Assembly: GCA_002269645.1 (NCBI GenBank)
Contig: NIVC01001345.1
Coordinates: 8,601-72,600, forward strand
DNA length: 64,000 bases
Source: Macrostomum lignano
Lineage: Eukaryota
Reading direction: 5' to 3'
In this document: positions 1-10,990 of the stretch, one piece after another
How positions within the stretch are numbered: the stretch's first letter is position 1
Layout: each line of letters starts with the position of its first letter
Position numbers and translations under genes: made by a program
Notes under the pieces: model-generated
What the model was told of the DNA's origin: nothing
The model's input: only the letters and a program-made list of their open reading frames with translations
Databases searched by the model: none

Positions 1-325
1 AAAGAAAACAAAAATAAAACACAAAAAAGGAAAGCACATCGTTAATAAAAGCAAACGCTGTCACAGAACAGGGAAAAACGAAACAAAAATAGAAAATAGA
101 CCAAAGCTCTCGCTCGAGAGGGAAATTTAACAGCACAAGCAACATAAAACTGAATGCAAAACTAACTATAATTTCACAAAATTTCTAACAAAAAACAACA
201 AAATCATTCAGCCCCTACTACTAGTAATATACTAAAGCGACTTCTCCTGAATTGCTTATTGAAACATTAGCTTTGAGGAAGATAAACTTGAATTGCTACC
301 AGAAACTGTTCTACTAGAAGATGAA

Positions 326-856
326 TCACTCCTGGGAGTGACGCCGCACGTGCTTGCTGTAGGTGGACCGATCTGAGAACGCGCTGCCGCACAGGCGACA
401 TTTGTAGGGCCTGGCGCCGCTGTGCGAATTCAAATGAGCAGTTAGTTGAGTCTTCTGTACGAAGCCTTTGCCGCACAGGTGGCAGCGGTGCGGCCGGATG
501 CCGGCGTGGATCAATTCGTGCCTGTGCAAATTCATACTGTTAGCGAACACCTTGCCGCAGGTGAGGCAGGTGCGATCTTCGCCCACTGCTTTTCGTCTGT
601 AGCTGCCTCGGCCACTGGCCGAGCGAGGCTGCCGGCTTCCGGGCCGGCATCTGGCCGCCTTGGTGTGCAACTCGAAGCGCCAGGTGAGACGGAAGCCCCG
701 GCCGCACACTTTGCACACGTGGCTGCCGCGTTTTGATTGGCTGGATCGAACGCCAAGCGCTTCGTTGATGACGGATGCTGGCGGCGCGGCCTGAAAGTTA
801 CGATTGTCGCTGACCTCGATAGTGGCGGCCTGCGGCTGGTCTGGTAGGGCTGAAAA
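326..856 (-). CDS. C2H2 zinc-finger protein, last coding exon
   Basis: Three canonical C2H2 fingers (CLTC..HELIH, CHLC..HLNSH, CRLC..HVRRH) with TGEKP-like linkers AGIRPH and SGARPY, plus one C2HC-like finger. The frame stays open upstream of the ORF-track start to acceptor ttccag| at 857; 531 nt, phase 0. Confidence 0.9.
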   Translation of the reverse strand, partial: FSALPDQPQAATIEVSDNRNFQAAPPASVINEALGVRSSQSKRGSHVCKVCGRGFRLTWRFELHTKAARCRPGSRQPRSASGRGSYRRKAVGEDRTCLTCGKVFANSMNLHRHELIHAGIRPHRCHLCGKGFVQKTQLTAHLNSHSGARPYKCRLCGSAFSDRSTYSKHVRRHSQE

Positions 857-885
857 CTGGAATGTGCACCGGATAGAGATGTACT

Positions 886-1330
886 GTAGATTGTGGGTAA
901 AGCTGAGGGTAGATTGTGGGTCACGCTGAGGGTAGATTGTGGGTCAAGCTGAGGGTAGATTGTGAGGGTAGGTTGTGGGTCAAGCTGAGGGTAGATTGTG
1001 GGTCAAGCTGAGGGTAGATTGTGAGGGTAGGTTGAGGGTAGATTGTGGGTAAAGCTGAGGGTAGATTGTGAGGGTAGGTTGAGGGTAGATTGTGGGTCAA
1101 GCTGAGGGTAGATTGTGGGTCAAGCTGAGGGTAGATTGTGGGTCAAGCTGAGGGTAGATTGTGGGTCAAGCTGAGGGTAGATTGTGGGTCAAGCTGAGGG
1201 TAGATTGTTGGTCAAGCTGAGGGTAGATTGTGGGTCAAGCTGAGGGTTGACTGTGGGTCAAGCTGAGGGTTGACTGTGGGTCAAGCTGAGGGTTGACTGT
1301 GGGTCAAGCTGAGGGTAGATTGTGGGTCAA
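886..1330. repeat. 23-bp minisatellite (GCTGAGGGTAGATTGTGGGTCAA)n filling the zinc-finger gene intron
   Basis: Direct tandem copies visible, with shorter variant units. Confidence 0.95.
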
Positions 1331-1534
1331 TGCTAAGGAGCTAGCAGAATTTTTTTCAGCACTGCTTGTGGCACAATGTCGCGCAAGGCTGCCCACAAAT
1401 CTCTTGCGAATGATAATTATTTATGTGGATCAAGAGTCTAGACCCAAAGATAGTATCGCAACGGACATTGCATCAGTTAGGATTTAAGTTGGTCATTAAG
1501 GGAAGCATTGGCCAATTCCAACCATCGGCCTCAC

Positions 1535-1948
1535 CAGTTCCCAATCAGTGAGCAGAGGCGGCAAAAAGTCTTCATCAATTGACACAGACTCCACAGCCGC
1601 CGCCATAGCCAGAGCCTCGTCATCACCAGCCACTTCAGCTTCGTGAACAGAGATGTAGTGCTCCAAGTAAGCCATAGAAGAGCTGAACAGAGTTAACCAA
1701 GGGCAGAGCAGACAGGCAAGTTGAGTTTTGGCAGATGGCTGTTCGAGCTGCGACATTGTCTGACAGGCGCCAAACTCAGTTAGGATATCGCAGATCTGTG
1801 GCCCAGTGCAAGCTTGGCATAGCATGACACCTGATAAGCTGCCGCAATTGAATGTTCCAATGGTTGTGAGACAGTCTGAACAGTTGGCACAGCAGTTGTC
1901 TTGCATAGTAGGCTCTGGCGAGCTTGTGTCAGGATAATTACACTCCAT
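1535..1948 (-). CDS. C2H2 zinc-finger protein, upstream coding exon (Cys-rich N-terminus, one degenerate finger)
   Basis: Donor CTG|GTGAGG at 1534 joins in phase 0 to 856 (LTDWEL|FSALPDQ). Contains CLLCPW..LEHYISVH. The join gives about 314 aa; further 5' exons are possible. Confidence 0.7.
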
Positions 1949-3194
1949 CTCTTTGTAGTAAGTGCTAAAATGGTTAATATTATTAGTTATAACATTTATT
2001 ATTTTGCTTATCTAAATTGCAATGCCATGGGATTCAGCAAAACAACTCAATTCAATTCAAATTAAAATAAAAAATATTTTATTTAAAATACTATAAGCAC
2101 TAATAATACTGCATGTTATATAATTTTATGATATCAACATTTTAGTTCCTTTGTATGCCTTTGAGAAATACATCTTGGCTACCTGTGGATTTGGATAAAA
2201 TAGATAATGTGGAGAGCTACTTTATGTAGCTAAAATATAAATTAATAATATAATGTAAAGTAGCAAAAAAGTAATGGCTTTTTGCTAAAAATCACAAAAA
2301 CTACATTATCAAGCCTAATTTATGTTTATATAAAGTGATAACATTTAAAAACTATAACAAGGCTTAAGACTTAGAGCTTTCAATTCTGATTAAATTACTA
2401 AAAGTGGATTTGGAGTTCTAACATAATGCTACTGCTTTAAAAACTCAATATAGATGTAATGTTATGCAATTGTATTGCACGCTACAAATGCTATAATTAA
2501 CATTGATCTAAAAAAACTATGTCCAGTGCATACAGTCATTTTAATTTAGCAATTTAACTCACTCTTCAAAATCTTTCACTCACATCATAACAGTCAAAAC
2601 ATCTATTCACATCACAAAATTCACATCAAATACTTTATTTTATCTAACTCAATTAATTTAGATTTCCATGAGAATTCAATGTCGAAACAAAATTCTTAGC
2701 TGCTAAACAAGCAGCTAACAATGTGTTTATACCAGGGAAATGAGAAGATGTACAGTGCGGCTGCTGCTGCTGCTGGTCCTGCTGTCAAAGTCGAGCGCGC
2801 GAAAATTTTTTAAATTATTTCCACTGTACTAAAGTTAAACAAATAATAAATAAACTCTACTACAGAAAACACTTCAATTTAGTTCTACATTCTACAGTTA
2901 TTGACAAATAGTAAATATTTATTTAATTTAAAGCGACAGTGCCCCCGCATTGTAAGTTTTTTGCAGAGTATACAGTTTTAAAGTGTTATTTTTCTACGAA
3001 AAAAGGAAAGCATATAAAATTGTCGGATTATTAGATTTCCGGTGGCAATTAATTCTGATGATCGTATTGTCTGATCATTTATATAAAATTCTGATATAAG
3101 TGGATAAATCCGTTCTAGTTTAAAGCAATTTGGCGATTGTCATTTAATCAATTGACCTTCTCTAATTGACTCCACTCTAGGTTTAATAAAAAGT

Positions 3195-3355
3195 ATGTCC
3201 ACTGCAGTTCAAAGAAACACAAGTCAAGCATCGAATTCAAAGTTTCGTAAACCGGAGCTTATTTTTCGCATTGAGAAATTAGTTTCTGGTGATCCACTAA
3301 ATGACTTTGCTATTTTACCAAAAGAAACAGGAATAATTGCAGTCTATGAAGACAG
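3195..3355 (+). CDS. WDFY2: WD repeat and FYVE domain protein (WDFY1/2 ortholog), exon 1
   Basis: KPELIFRIEK..AILPKETGIIAVYEDR matches the WDFY1/2 N-terminus (RPVLLSKIEG..LLIPKEDGVITASEDR). Ends in phase 2 at the non-canonical donor AG|GCAAGT. Confidence 0.88.
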
Positions 3356-4172
3356 GCAAGTTGACATTTTTGCTAGTTGACAATTTATGGCATATAACTA
3401 GGCCCTAGCAATACAATAATTGTCTTGCATACTTAGGCCTATGCATTTTTGTCTAGTTTGACCAGTAAAATTTTATAAAAAAATAAAATTCATAAATTAT
3501 ATACCACATTTGAGATCATATAGGCCTAAGATTTATAACATAGGAACTCTAGATTAGTCAATAGTAAGTTGGCCATTACATTAGTATTATTAGTATACAA
3601 TTGGCTGTTATTTTAGTATATATAGCTATAAGGTCTATTTATTTCCATAAATTATAATTTAATAAATAGCCTAAATTTTAAGTATACAATGATGCAAATC
3701 ATTAAAGAAAAACTTATTTGAGTTAAAAATGAATCAAAAAGTAAATGAGATACTATTATGAATAATAAGGTTTAACTATTATTATAAGGTTTAACATTAT
3801 TAAAATGTTATTACTAAAAGTTATAGAAAATTAATAATTTATATATCTGCCATGGATATAGGTTTTGATATGCTATAAAAATATAATAAGATATGGTTAT
3901 AAATATAGATACAATATATTTTTGTTAACAAGAACTCTAAAAGGATTTTTAGACTTGGTAAGCCTACTTTAACAAAGACCACATTGGCAAAAGATATATA
4001 GCTATTTTAGCAAAGTATACTTTTATTACATTTTAATTTTTTATTAGATCTATTTAATAGCATTCTTAGAATATAAAACAATAAAAACCATTAATAAAAT
4101 TATCAACAAAAAATTACTTAAGTAGTAAAATTATCAAGTAATAAGGTACTTATTATTTTTAGGTATTATATA

Positions 4173-5465
4173 CGAGGGGCACTATTAAAGTTCTGAGCCT
4201 TAATATGAAAGAGAGGAGATATGGGCAAAGTGAGATCAGCTTTTCTCAACATAGTCTCCCCCAACCAAGATGCACTTATGGCATCTTGATCGCAGCGCCT
4301 CAATGCCACTCTGGAAGAATTGCACCGAGCAGCCCTCAAACCAAGCAGTTGCAGCATCCTTCAGCGCATCATCAGTGTCAAATCGCTGTCCACGGAGCGC
4401 CCGCTTGAGATGTGGAAACAGGTGGAAGTCGCTCGGGGCCAGGTCTAGTGAATAGGCTGGGTGCGGCAGTTCTCGAAACCCTGCGACACTGACAGCAGCC
4501 TTGGCAATCCTGCTAGTGTGGGCCGGCGCATTGTCGTGCAGCAGCACAACACCTCGGCTCAGCATCCCTCGCCTATTTTCCTTGATTGCTTTGCGCAGAC
4601 GGGCGATCAGGTCAGCGTAGTAGGCGCCTGTGACTGTCTGCTTGTGCGGTAGAAAGTCCAGCAGCAGCGGGCCCTTGGCATCCCAGAAGACGGTGAGCAT
4701 AATCTTGCCCGCACTGCATGCAGTCCGTGCCTTCAGTGGTGCAGGTGAACCAACTGGCAGCCACTGCTTGGACTCCTGCTTGGACTCGGGATCATGGTGA
4801 TGGATCCACGTTTCATCCCCGGTCACGCAGCAGGACAGAAAGTTGGCAGGGTCCGGATCGTAGGAGTCCAGGACAAGCTTTGAGTACTGCACCCGTGCGG
4901 TCTTTTGGTCCCTTGTCAAGATTCGTGGGATCCATCTGGCAGAAACCTTGGACAGATGAAGATGCTGGTGCAGGATCTCAATGACTTGCGGGTCAGAGAG
5001 TCCAGTGTCTGCCGCAAGTTCCCTGACTTTCACCCGCTGGTCAATGTCAACCAGAGCCTGGATGCGCTGGATGTTGTCGGCAGTGACAGCAGTCCGGGGT
5101 CGTCCACATCGGGGGTCATCTTCGAGCGAGTCGCGGCCACGCTTGAACTCGGCTGCCCAGCGCTTTATGGTGGCGTATGAGGGGGCAGCGTCAGCGTACA
5201 CACTAGCCATGCGGCTTTGAATTTCAGCAGGCTTTGAGCCCTCCAGAGTCAGAAATTTAATCACTGCCCTGTGCTCAAGCTTCAATTCTTGAGAAAATGC
5301 CATGGGGTGCTGGAAATAAAATGGTGCAGTGGGACTTAGGGAATGCAGAAAATTCTGAAAAGTTGACAATAGACTATTAACATGTGGCGCTTTTAGAGCC
5401 TAAAGTTTCAACACTTTGCCACTATAAGATCTTGGTCAGGCTCAGAACTTTAATAGTGCCCCTCG
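4173..5465 (-). mobile_element. Full-length mariner (DD34D) transposon
   Basis: Perfect 28-bp TIRs CGAGGGGCACTATTAAAGTTCTGAGCCT (4173-4200 and 5438-5465) and TA target duplications at 4171-72 and 5466-67. Confidence 0.97.
4236..5303 (-). CDS. Mariner transposase, 355 aa, uninterrupted
   Basis: HTH N-terminus (EHRAVIKF), WIPRIL (WVPHEL-like), GDETW, HDNAPAH, YSLDLAPSDF; exactly 34 residues between the 2nd and 3rd Asp; likely ATG at 5303. Confidence 0.95.
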   Translation of the reverse strand: MAFSQELKLEHRAVIKFLTLEGSKPAEIQSRMASVYADAAPSYATIKRWAAEFKRGRDSLEDDPRCGRPRTAVTADNIQRIQALVDIDQRVKVRELAADTGLSDPQVIEILHQHLHLSKVSARWIPRILTRDQKTARVQYSKLVLDSYDPDPANFLSCCVTGDETWIHHHDPESKQESKQWLPVGSPAPLKARTACSAGKIMLTVFWDAKGPLLLDFLPHKQTVTGAYYADLIARLRKAIKENRRGMLSRGVVLLHDNAPAHTSRIAKAAVSVAGFRELPHPAYSLDLAPSDFHLFPHLKRALRGQRFDTDDALKDAATAWFEGCSVQFFQSGIEALRSRCHKCILVGGDYVEKS

Positions 5466-6672
5466 TAGATTAGTAAAAAAGTTCTCATTAGCTAAATGAT
5501 TTGGAAAATTAGGTTCTATTGTAATTTTTCCTTGTCAAAAAAGTAAATTCCAAAAAGGTTAAAAAATCTCTATTAGAGCCTTTAAAATACAAAAAGTCTA
5601 AAACCATAATTTTAACTCTAGTATCTAAGACATACATGCCCAACACCCATCCGACCCATCCAAACTAGATGGGTGAAATGGCTGCCGCCCAAGCCTGGCA
5701 AAAAATAACTATGCATTGTTTTCAGTTAGGAGTTAGGAGACCGCATGGCCCTAACTCACAAGAGTAACAAATACGGTCAAAAAATGTGCTAGTAGTTATG
5801 TTTGGGGTCAAACCTCATTTTCCTTTGACCGCAAATCTCCAAGTTTTGCGTATTTATTGCAGTCAAATTTGTCCATTGTTTTGTAGTCAAATGTAGTCAA
5901 GAAAAGTGGTCAAAATACGGCTAAGAAGGCTATGCAGTCCAAATGCAGTCAAAATTTGGCAGTTAAGCATGCAGTTAAGCTGCAGTCAAAATGTGGTCTA
6001 GATGTACTGTATATCTCTGTCTCTTTGTGACTGAGCTCCATCTTTTCCCTGAAGAAAGAGGAATTAGGAATTCGTGGAAGAGGAATCAACTATTTAATCA
6101 AATGAATAAATCATGAAAAGCTAAATCATAAACTGTCATAGAAAAGAACAGTAAGAATGGCAGAACGGCAAAGAATAGCACCAATATGCTTTACTATATT
6201 TGCTAGATGTAAAACAAAATGAAAACTACAAAAGTTGAGTGAAAGCAATTAAAACTAAAGCAAATATTAGAAGATGTAATACAAAAATTGGCTGTCAATG
6301 TTTATAGAAAAACGAGCATAAATGCTGTTTATAAGCAGAAGCATTCAGTTTTGGTACAGTTTTTTAGGAGAAAGTCAGTCTAGAGACATTTGATTGAAGC
6401 TTTGATTGAATTCTAGGCTGACTGTTGCTAGAATTTTGAGGCACAGGAAAAAATAAACTGCTTATTATATCTCTGGCCAAGGCTGCTACATGGCTCCGAT
6501 ATCCTGTGAAATGTGAGTTCAATGAAGTTTGAATTTGAATAACTGTGGTTCAGTTCTGTGCCAATTTAAAATCTGAAAATTCTAAAAATTCTTAGGTTGT
6601 GCTTTAATTTTTAGACTGACTTAACTCTTGAATATACTGCCACTTTGGGCGCATATACAATTAAGCTAGGAC

Positions 6673-8779
6673 CTAGTGCAACAGGTCTTCTTGCGCCACC
6701 ACAAAGTCATGCATGTCACGCACATAACTGTTGGTGTTTGATGGGCCAACAGAGGCTGTAGTGGCGCTGCCGACATGGCCAGTATAGTTGGCATTCAACG
6801 GGCCAGCAGAGGCTGTAGCAGCCCTGCTGACATGGCCAGTATAGTTGGCGTTCAACGGGCCAGCAGAGGCTATAGCGGCACTGCTGACATGGCCAGTATA
6901 GTTGGCATTTGATGGGCTAGCAGAGGCTATAGCGGTGCTGCCGACATGGCCAGTATTGCTACCAGTGGTAGAGGTCTTAGCTTTTATTATTCTTTTATTA
7001 CAGGGCATGCCCAGGTGCCTGCGTGCTGTTGCCATGTTCCGCAGCAGTTCCACGGCTCCAGTGAGCACCCAATCTTCCGCATGAATCGCTCCATGTGACC
7101 AAGTGATGTGCAGTTGGCTGGAGTGCTCGGGCTGTTGCCAACCTTCTGGCCAGTCACATTAAGGCAGGTCAGCTGCACATCGCTGAAAAAGGTGCGAGCA
7201 AGAGTCCGCACAAGCGCCCACTTGGCAATTTTTTGCGCCAGTTTAGTTTCTCCACTTCAGCCACATTCACAGTGGTCACCAATGCCTGCAACACTTCCTG
7301 GATTTGTGCAACACGGCTGTCGCACTCCTGGCACCAACCTACTTCTACCAGGACATAGGGCATGTCCTCTGCCAGAGGGACAAGGCCAGTGGACTCGGCT
7401 GGTTTGGGATAGTGATGAGGGTGACCAGTCAGTCAGATGAGTTAGAACGATTGCACTGTAAGTATTTGCAGATCTCACCTGGTGTACTGTGCGGCAGCAC
7501 AGCGACCCGGTTGGCACTCCAGCCCTCTCCACTAGCAGTGGCAGCAGTGTTATCGACCAGCATAGCTTCGGCTTCAAACGATAATCGGCGATCTGCATCA
7601 GGATCGATGTCGATTCCTGGTGCAACATGATCCTGTGGGCCATCGATCGCCTGTAAAGAGGAAGCTGCCCGCTGCATGTGAGCGACTGCCTGTGCGCATC
7701 GCTTCTCCTGTAGGGCACGAAGGCGCTGCTCCTCGGCTAAAAGCGCTTCCAGCGCCGTCTCCCGACGCGACAGGTAAGCGACCTGTTGTTGGAGTTCATT
7801 AGCACGGGCATCTGCGTCCTGCAACTGGGCCGTACGGCGCTGCAACTCGGCCCCTGTGGCAGAAAAGGTGACACAAATAAATGAACGAAACGAAACGAAC
7901 ATCGACGTTGCAACAACTAAAGGTGACAGCGGGTGTTCACTTATTAATTACCTTTGGCGTCGGCCAGGTCGCGGACGCGGGACACTTCGAGCTGCAGGTT
8001 GCGGCAGGCTGGACACCCTCGGGTCAGCTCGGGCTGTGGCACCTCGCGACGGCTAAGGTTTGTGATCGCTAGCGCCTCCTCCCTGGTCGTTAGCGGGCCC
8101 CGGACAAGCACCCCAGGCCACCGCTTCGCCTGCCTGCATAATTATTTAGATCGTTTTTGCATACCGCCAGTCGTATATAAACGGGAAGCTATACAGAAGC
8201 TATACGCGCGCCATGCGCATGAAATCCGTTTACACGTACCCTGATTTGGCCACCACCACTTGGACTTGACTGCCGACTTTCACGGGCAGCGGGTCGCTAC
8301 GGTGGAGGGCCACGATGCGGCCGCCGGTGTGGCAGCGTCGAGACTGGCTGCCACTCGCGCCTATCCTCCGCGAATTCTAACACAAACCAGCGCACCTCCT
8401 GCTCCGGTTTCACTGGCCGGTATTCCGCAGCGGTCGATGCAGCAGCAGACACGGCGTCGGTCAATGCCTCAGCAGACACGGCGTCGGTCGATGCAGCAGC
8501 AGACACGGCGTCGGTCAATGCCTCAGCAGACACGGCGTCGGTCGATGCAGCAGCAGACACGGCGTCGGTCGATACAGCAACAGGCCGCCTGTTGCCGATG
8601 GGCAGCTTGGGATCGGAGCTGCTCGTTCCTTTTTTGGCGATGCTTCCTGGCATCCTTCCTGGCACCGGTCGAGCTAAGCTTGTCAGCCTTTGGCATGCTG
8701 CAACTGTTTTGGTGGAACAGCAACTACATAGTAAGTTAACATACATGTCTAACCAGCAGCATTCTACCTGGAACACCAC
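6673..8779 (-). pseudogene. Spliced, frameshifted transposon-accessory-like gene (coiled coil plus BEN/DUF4806-like C-terminal helices)
   Basis: Exon 7853-7479 (coiled coil; acceptor ccacag, donor gtgaga) splices in phase to 7368 (EDMPYVLVE..). It then needs frameshifts to give VRTLARTFFSDVQLTCLNVTGQ and WVLTGAVELLRNMATARR, which are BEN-like by eye. 27-bp and 60-bp coding repeats at about 8430-8575 and 6740-6960. Confidence 0.35.
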
Positions 8780-9059
8780 TTCCGACCCATTTTTCGTCTT
8801 GAAACATACTGAATAATATGCTTAACTAAATATATAGATTACGTATCTAAGTGATGTCCAAATTGATCTGTCCGAAAATATGAGGTAGCAGAAACATTGT
8901 GGCTACAGTACGCTAGTCAGATTGTTCAGAAAAAAACTGTGAAAGTTAGCATGTAGCACTTTAATAAATTTATTAACGGTAAAGGTAAACGGTAAACATA
9001 ACTTCTTTATAAGCGGAAAGTAAACACAGCGAAAACAGTGCAAATCAATAATTAACCTA

Positions 9060-9213
9060 GCGCAACCTAGGGAATCACCCGGCCGTTTCTATTGGCAACA
9101 CACACGTAAGTCGCTATTGGACAGAATAATAGTCATGTGACTGCTCTCAGCCAATAGCGACTTACATGTGTGTGTTTCCAATAGAAACGGCCGGGTGATT
9201 CCCTAGGTTGCGC
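9060..9213. mobile_element. 154-bp foldback (hairpin) MITE-like element
   Basis: 36-bp perfect terminal arms GCGCAACCTAGGGAATCACCCGGCCGTTTCTATTGG, extending imperfectly to about 62 bp; near-palindromic core GTCATGTGAC; possible GCGC TSD. Confidence 0.8.
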
Positions 9214-10380
9214 ATGTATGCGACGGTGTAGGAGACGTCCTCCTTGTCTGTCGGACGCATTCCCTCCACGAATTCGCGGTAAAGTACACTGCTGTGGACG
9301 TCTAGTACGCCTGAGGGTCAGTAGGGCGGATTAACACAACTAAATAGAATACCCGGTACACCAGCTGCGCTGATTTCAAAATGCTGCTGTCATAATTGTG
9401 ACAGACTTAATACCTGGAACTGGTATGCGATCCACCGGGAAGGTAACGTTCGCAAGCAATCCGTCGCATTCGACGTGCGTCCTAATTTGTCTCTTGACGT
9501 CGAGCACCCAGAAGTTGCCAACGTTGGTACTGCCACAGCGGGAGCACACATCACCCGGTCGACACGAGCCGGTCGAATTGCTGGCACACGCACTGCAGAT
9601 GGTGAAGCACTTGGACGTACCCAACACACTTGTGGACGCATTGGTGTACGATGTCAGTTTATAGACCGTGCGAGGCAAAGCGTTGTCTGGTACAAGCCGA
9701 TGTAGCAGGTTTAGAAGGCGCTGGACGCCATTTTGCGACAATGCAAGGTCGCGCCTGCCCACTTGAATCTCAGAGACCGCGTCGCCCAGAGTGACAGGCA
9801 GAGATGCGTGGAAGGGAACGTTTAGGAGCTCCTCGGCAGCGCCAGCATTGACTGGGTCAGCGGCATTCTCGGCCGCGACAGCGGCATTCTCCAGCTCCGC
9901 GGCCTGCAGCTGCTGATCCAGCTCCATTGCCGTAAGATTGAGATTTTCGTCGCCATCGGCCACATCATTTGTGGCATCAGACGAGTCGTCGCCCGTCTCG
10001 TCAGAGTCTGTATGATCGTATGAGTCGTCCACCTCGACGACATCGTCCTGGCCCGTGTCATCAGTGGACGTCGATGTTTCATCCACCGACACCTTTGAGT
10101 GGTCACCGTCAGTCGATTCAGTCGAATCACTGACGTTGGGAGCGCCATCGACGCTAGCAGAGCCGACCTCGTGATCGACGGATTCGGCGATGGATGCATC
10201 CTGTTCTTCCGGAGATAGAAATATTGCAGGAGATCGCGACCGGTCTCGCGATGTTCCAGGCCTACTGGCGGGGCCCGTCGCTTGACCGCCGGGCCGTGGC
10301 GGGTTTAGTGCAACCCTAGCCCAGTAGCGCTGCATGTACAGTCTTCGCGCTGTTTGATCGGGTGGAGAACATTTGCTCAT
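9214..10380 (-). pseudogene. 5' fragment of a CACTA/EnSpm-like transposase, truncated before the catalytic domain
   Basis: Acidic N-terminus, then LSQNGVQRLLNLLHRLVPDNALPRT and CxxC..CxxC. A 103-nt intron (9413-9311) leads to GVLDVHSSVLYREF..DVSYTVAY, resembling the EnSpm DIxDGxxY..LSL region. Stops at the hairpin element. Confidence 0.6.
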
Positions 10381-10735
10381 GTTCGCATCTGCAATTAAGG
10401 GGTTCCATGTGCAAAGGGGTGCAAAGAAAGATAAATGTATGCTGGAGTATATGTTTACTGGACCATATATAAACTATCTATGTTCTGTATCTATGTAGAA
10501 AGGGTAGGAGGGGAATGTAGAGAGGGCAGTGGGTAGTTGCGTTGCTCTTTTGAAAAAACTGAACTAAAAAACTCAGTTCTAGTTCTCAGTTCTCAGTCCT
10601 ACGATCTTACATAGAAATGGAAAAACCTTGAAATGCTGGGCAATTTACTTGGCACCTTAACCTTCAACACTGAGGTAACAATAAATGCACAACGGACTAT
10701 GAAAGCGGCATAAAGTGTATTATAAACTGGAAACT

Positions 10736-10990
10736 GTCATAGAAGCGTCATGTAAACAATCATAGAAGCGTCATGTAAACAATCATAGAAGCGTCATGTA
10801 AACAATCATAGAAGCGTCATGTAAACAATCATAGAAGCGTCATCAAAAGATCATAGAAGCCTCATATAAAAACTAATGGAAGTGTCATTTGAGAAATCAT
10901 AGAAGCGTCATGGAAGAATAAAAGAAGCGTCATGTAAAAATCAAAATAAGCGTAATGTCAGACATGAAAGAAGTGTCATGTAAAAATTAA
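10736..10990. repeat. 23-bp minisatellite (ATCATAGAAGCGTCATGTAAACA)n, decaying 3'
   Basis: Direct tandem copies. Confidence 0.9.

Noticed and set aside
5304-5369. N-terminal extension of the mariner ORF
   Set aside because: Homology begins at MAFSQELKLEHRAVIKF; the extra 22 codons are probably 5' UTR.
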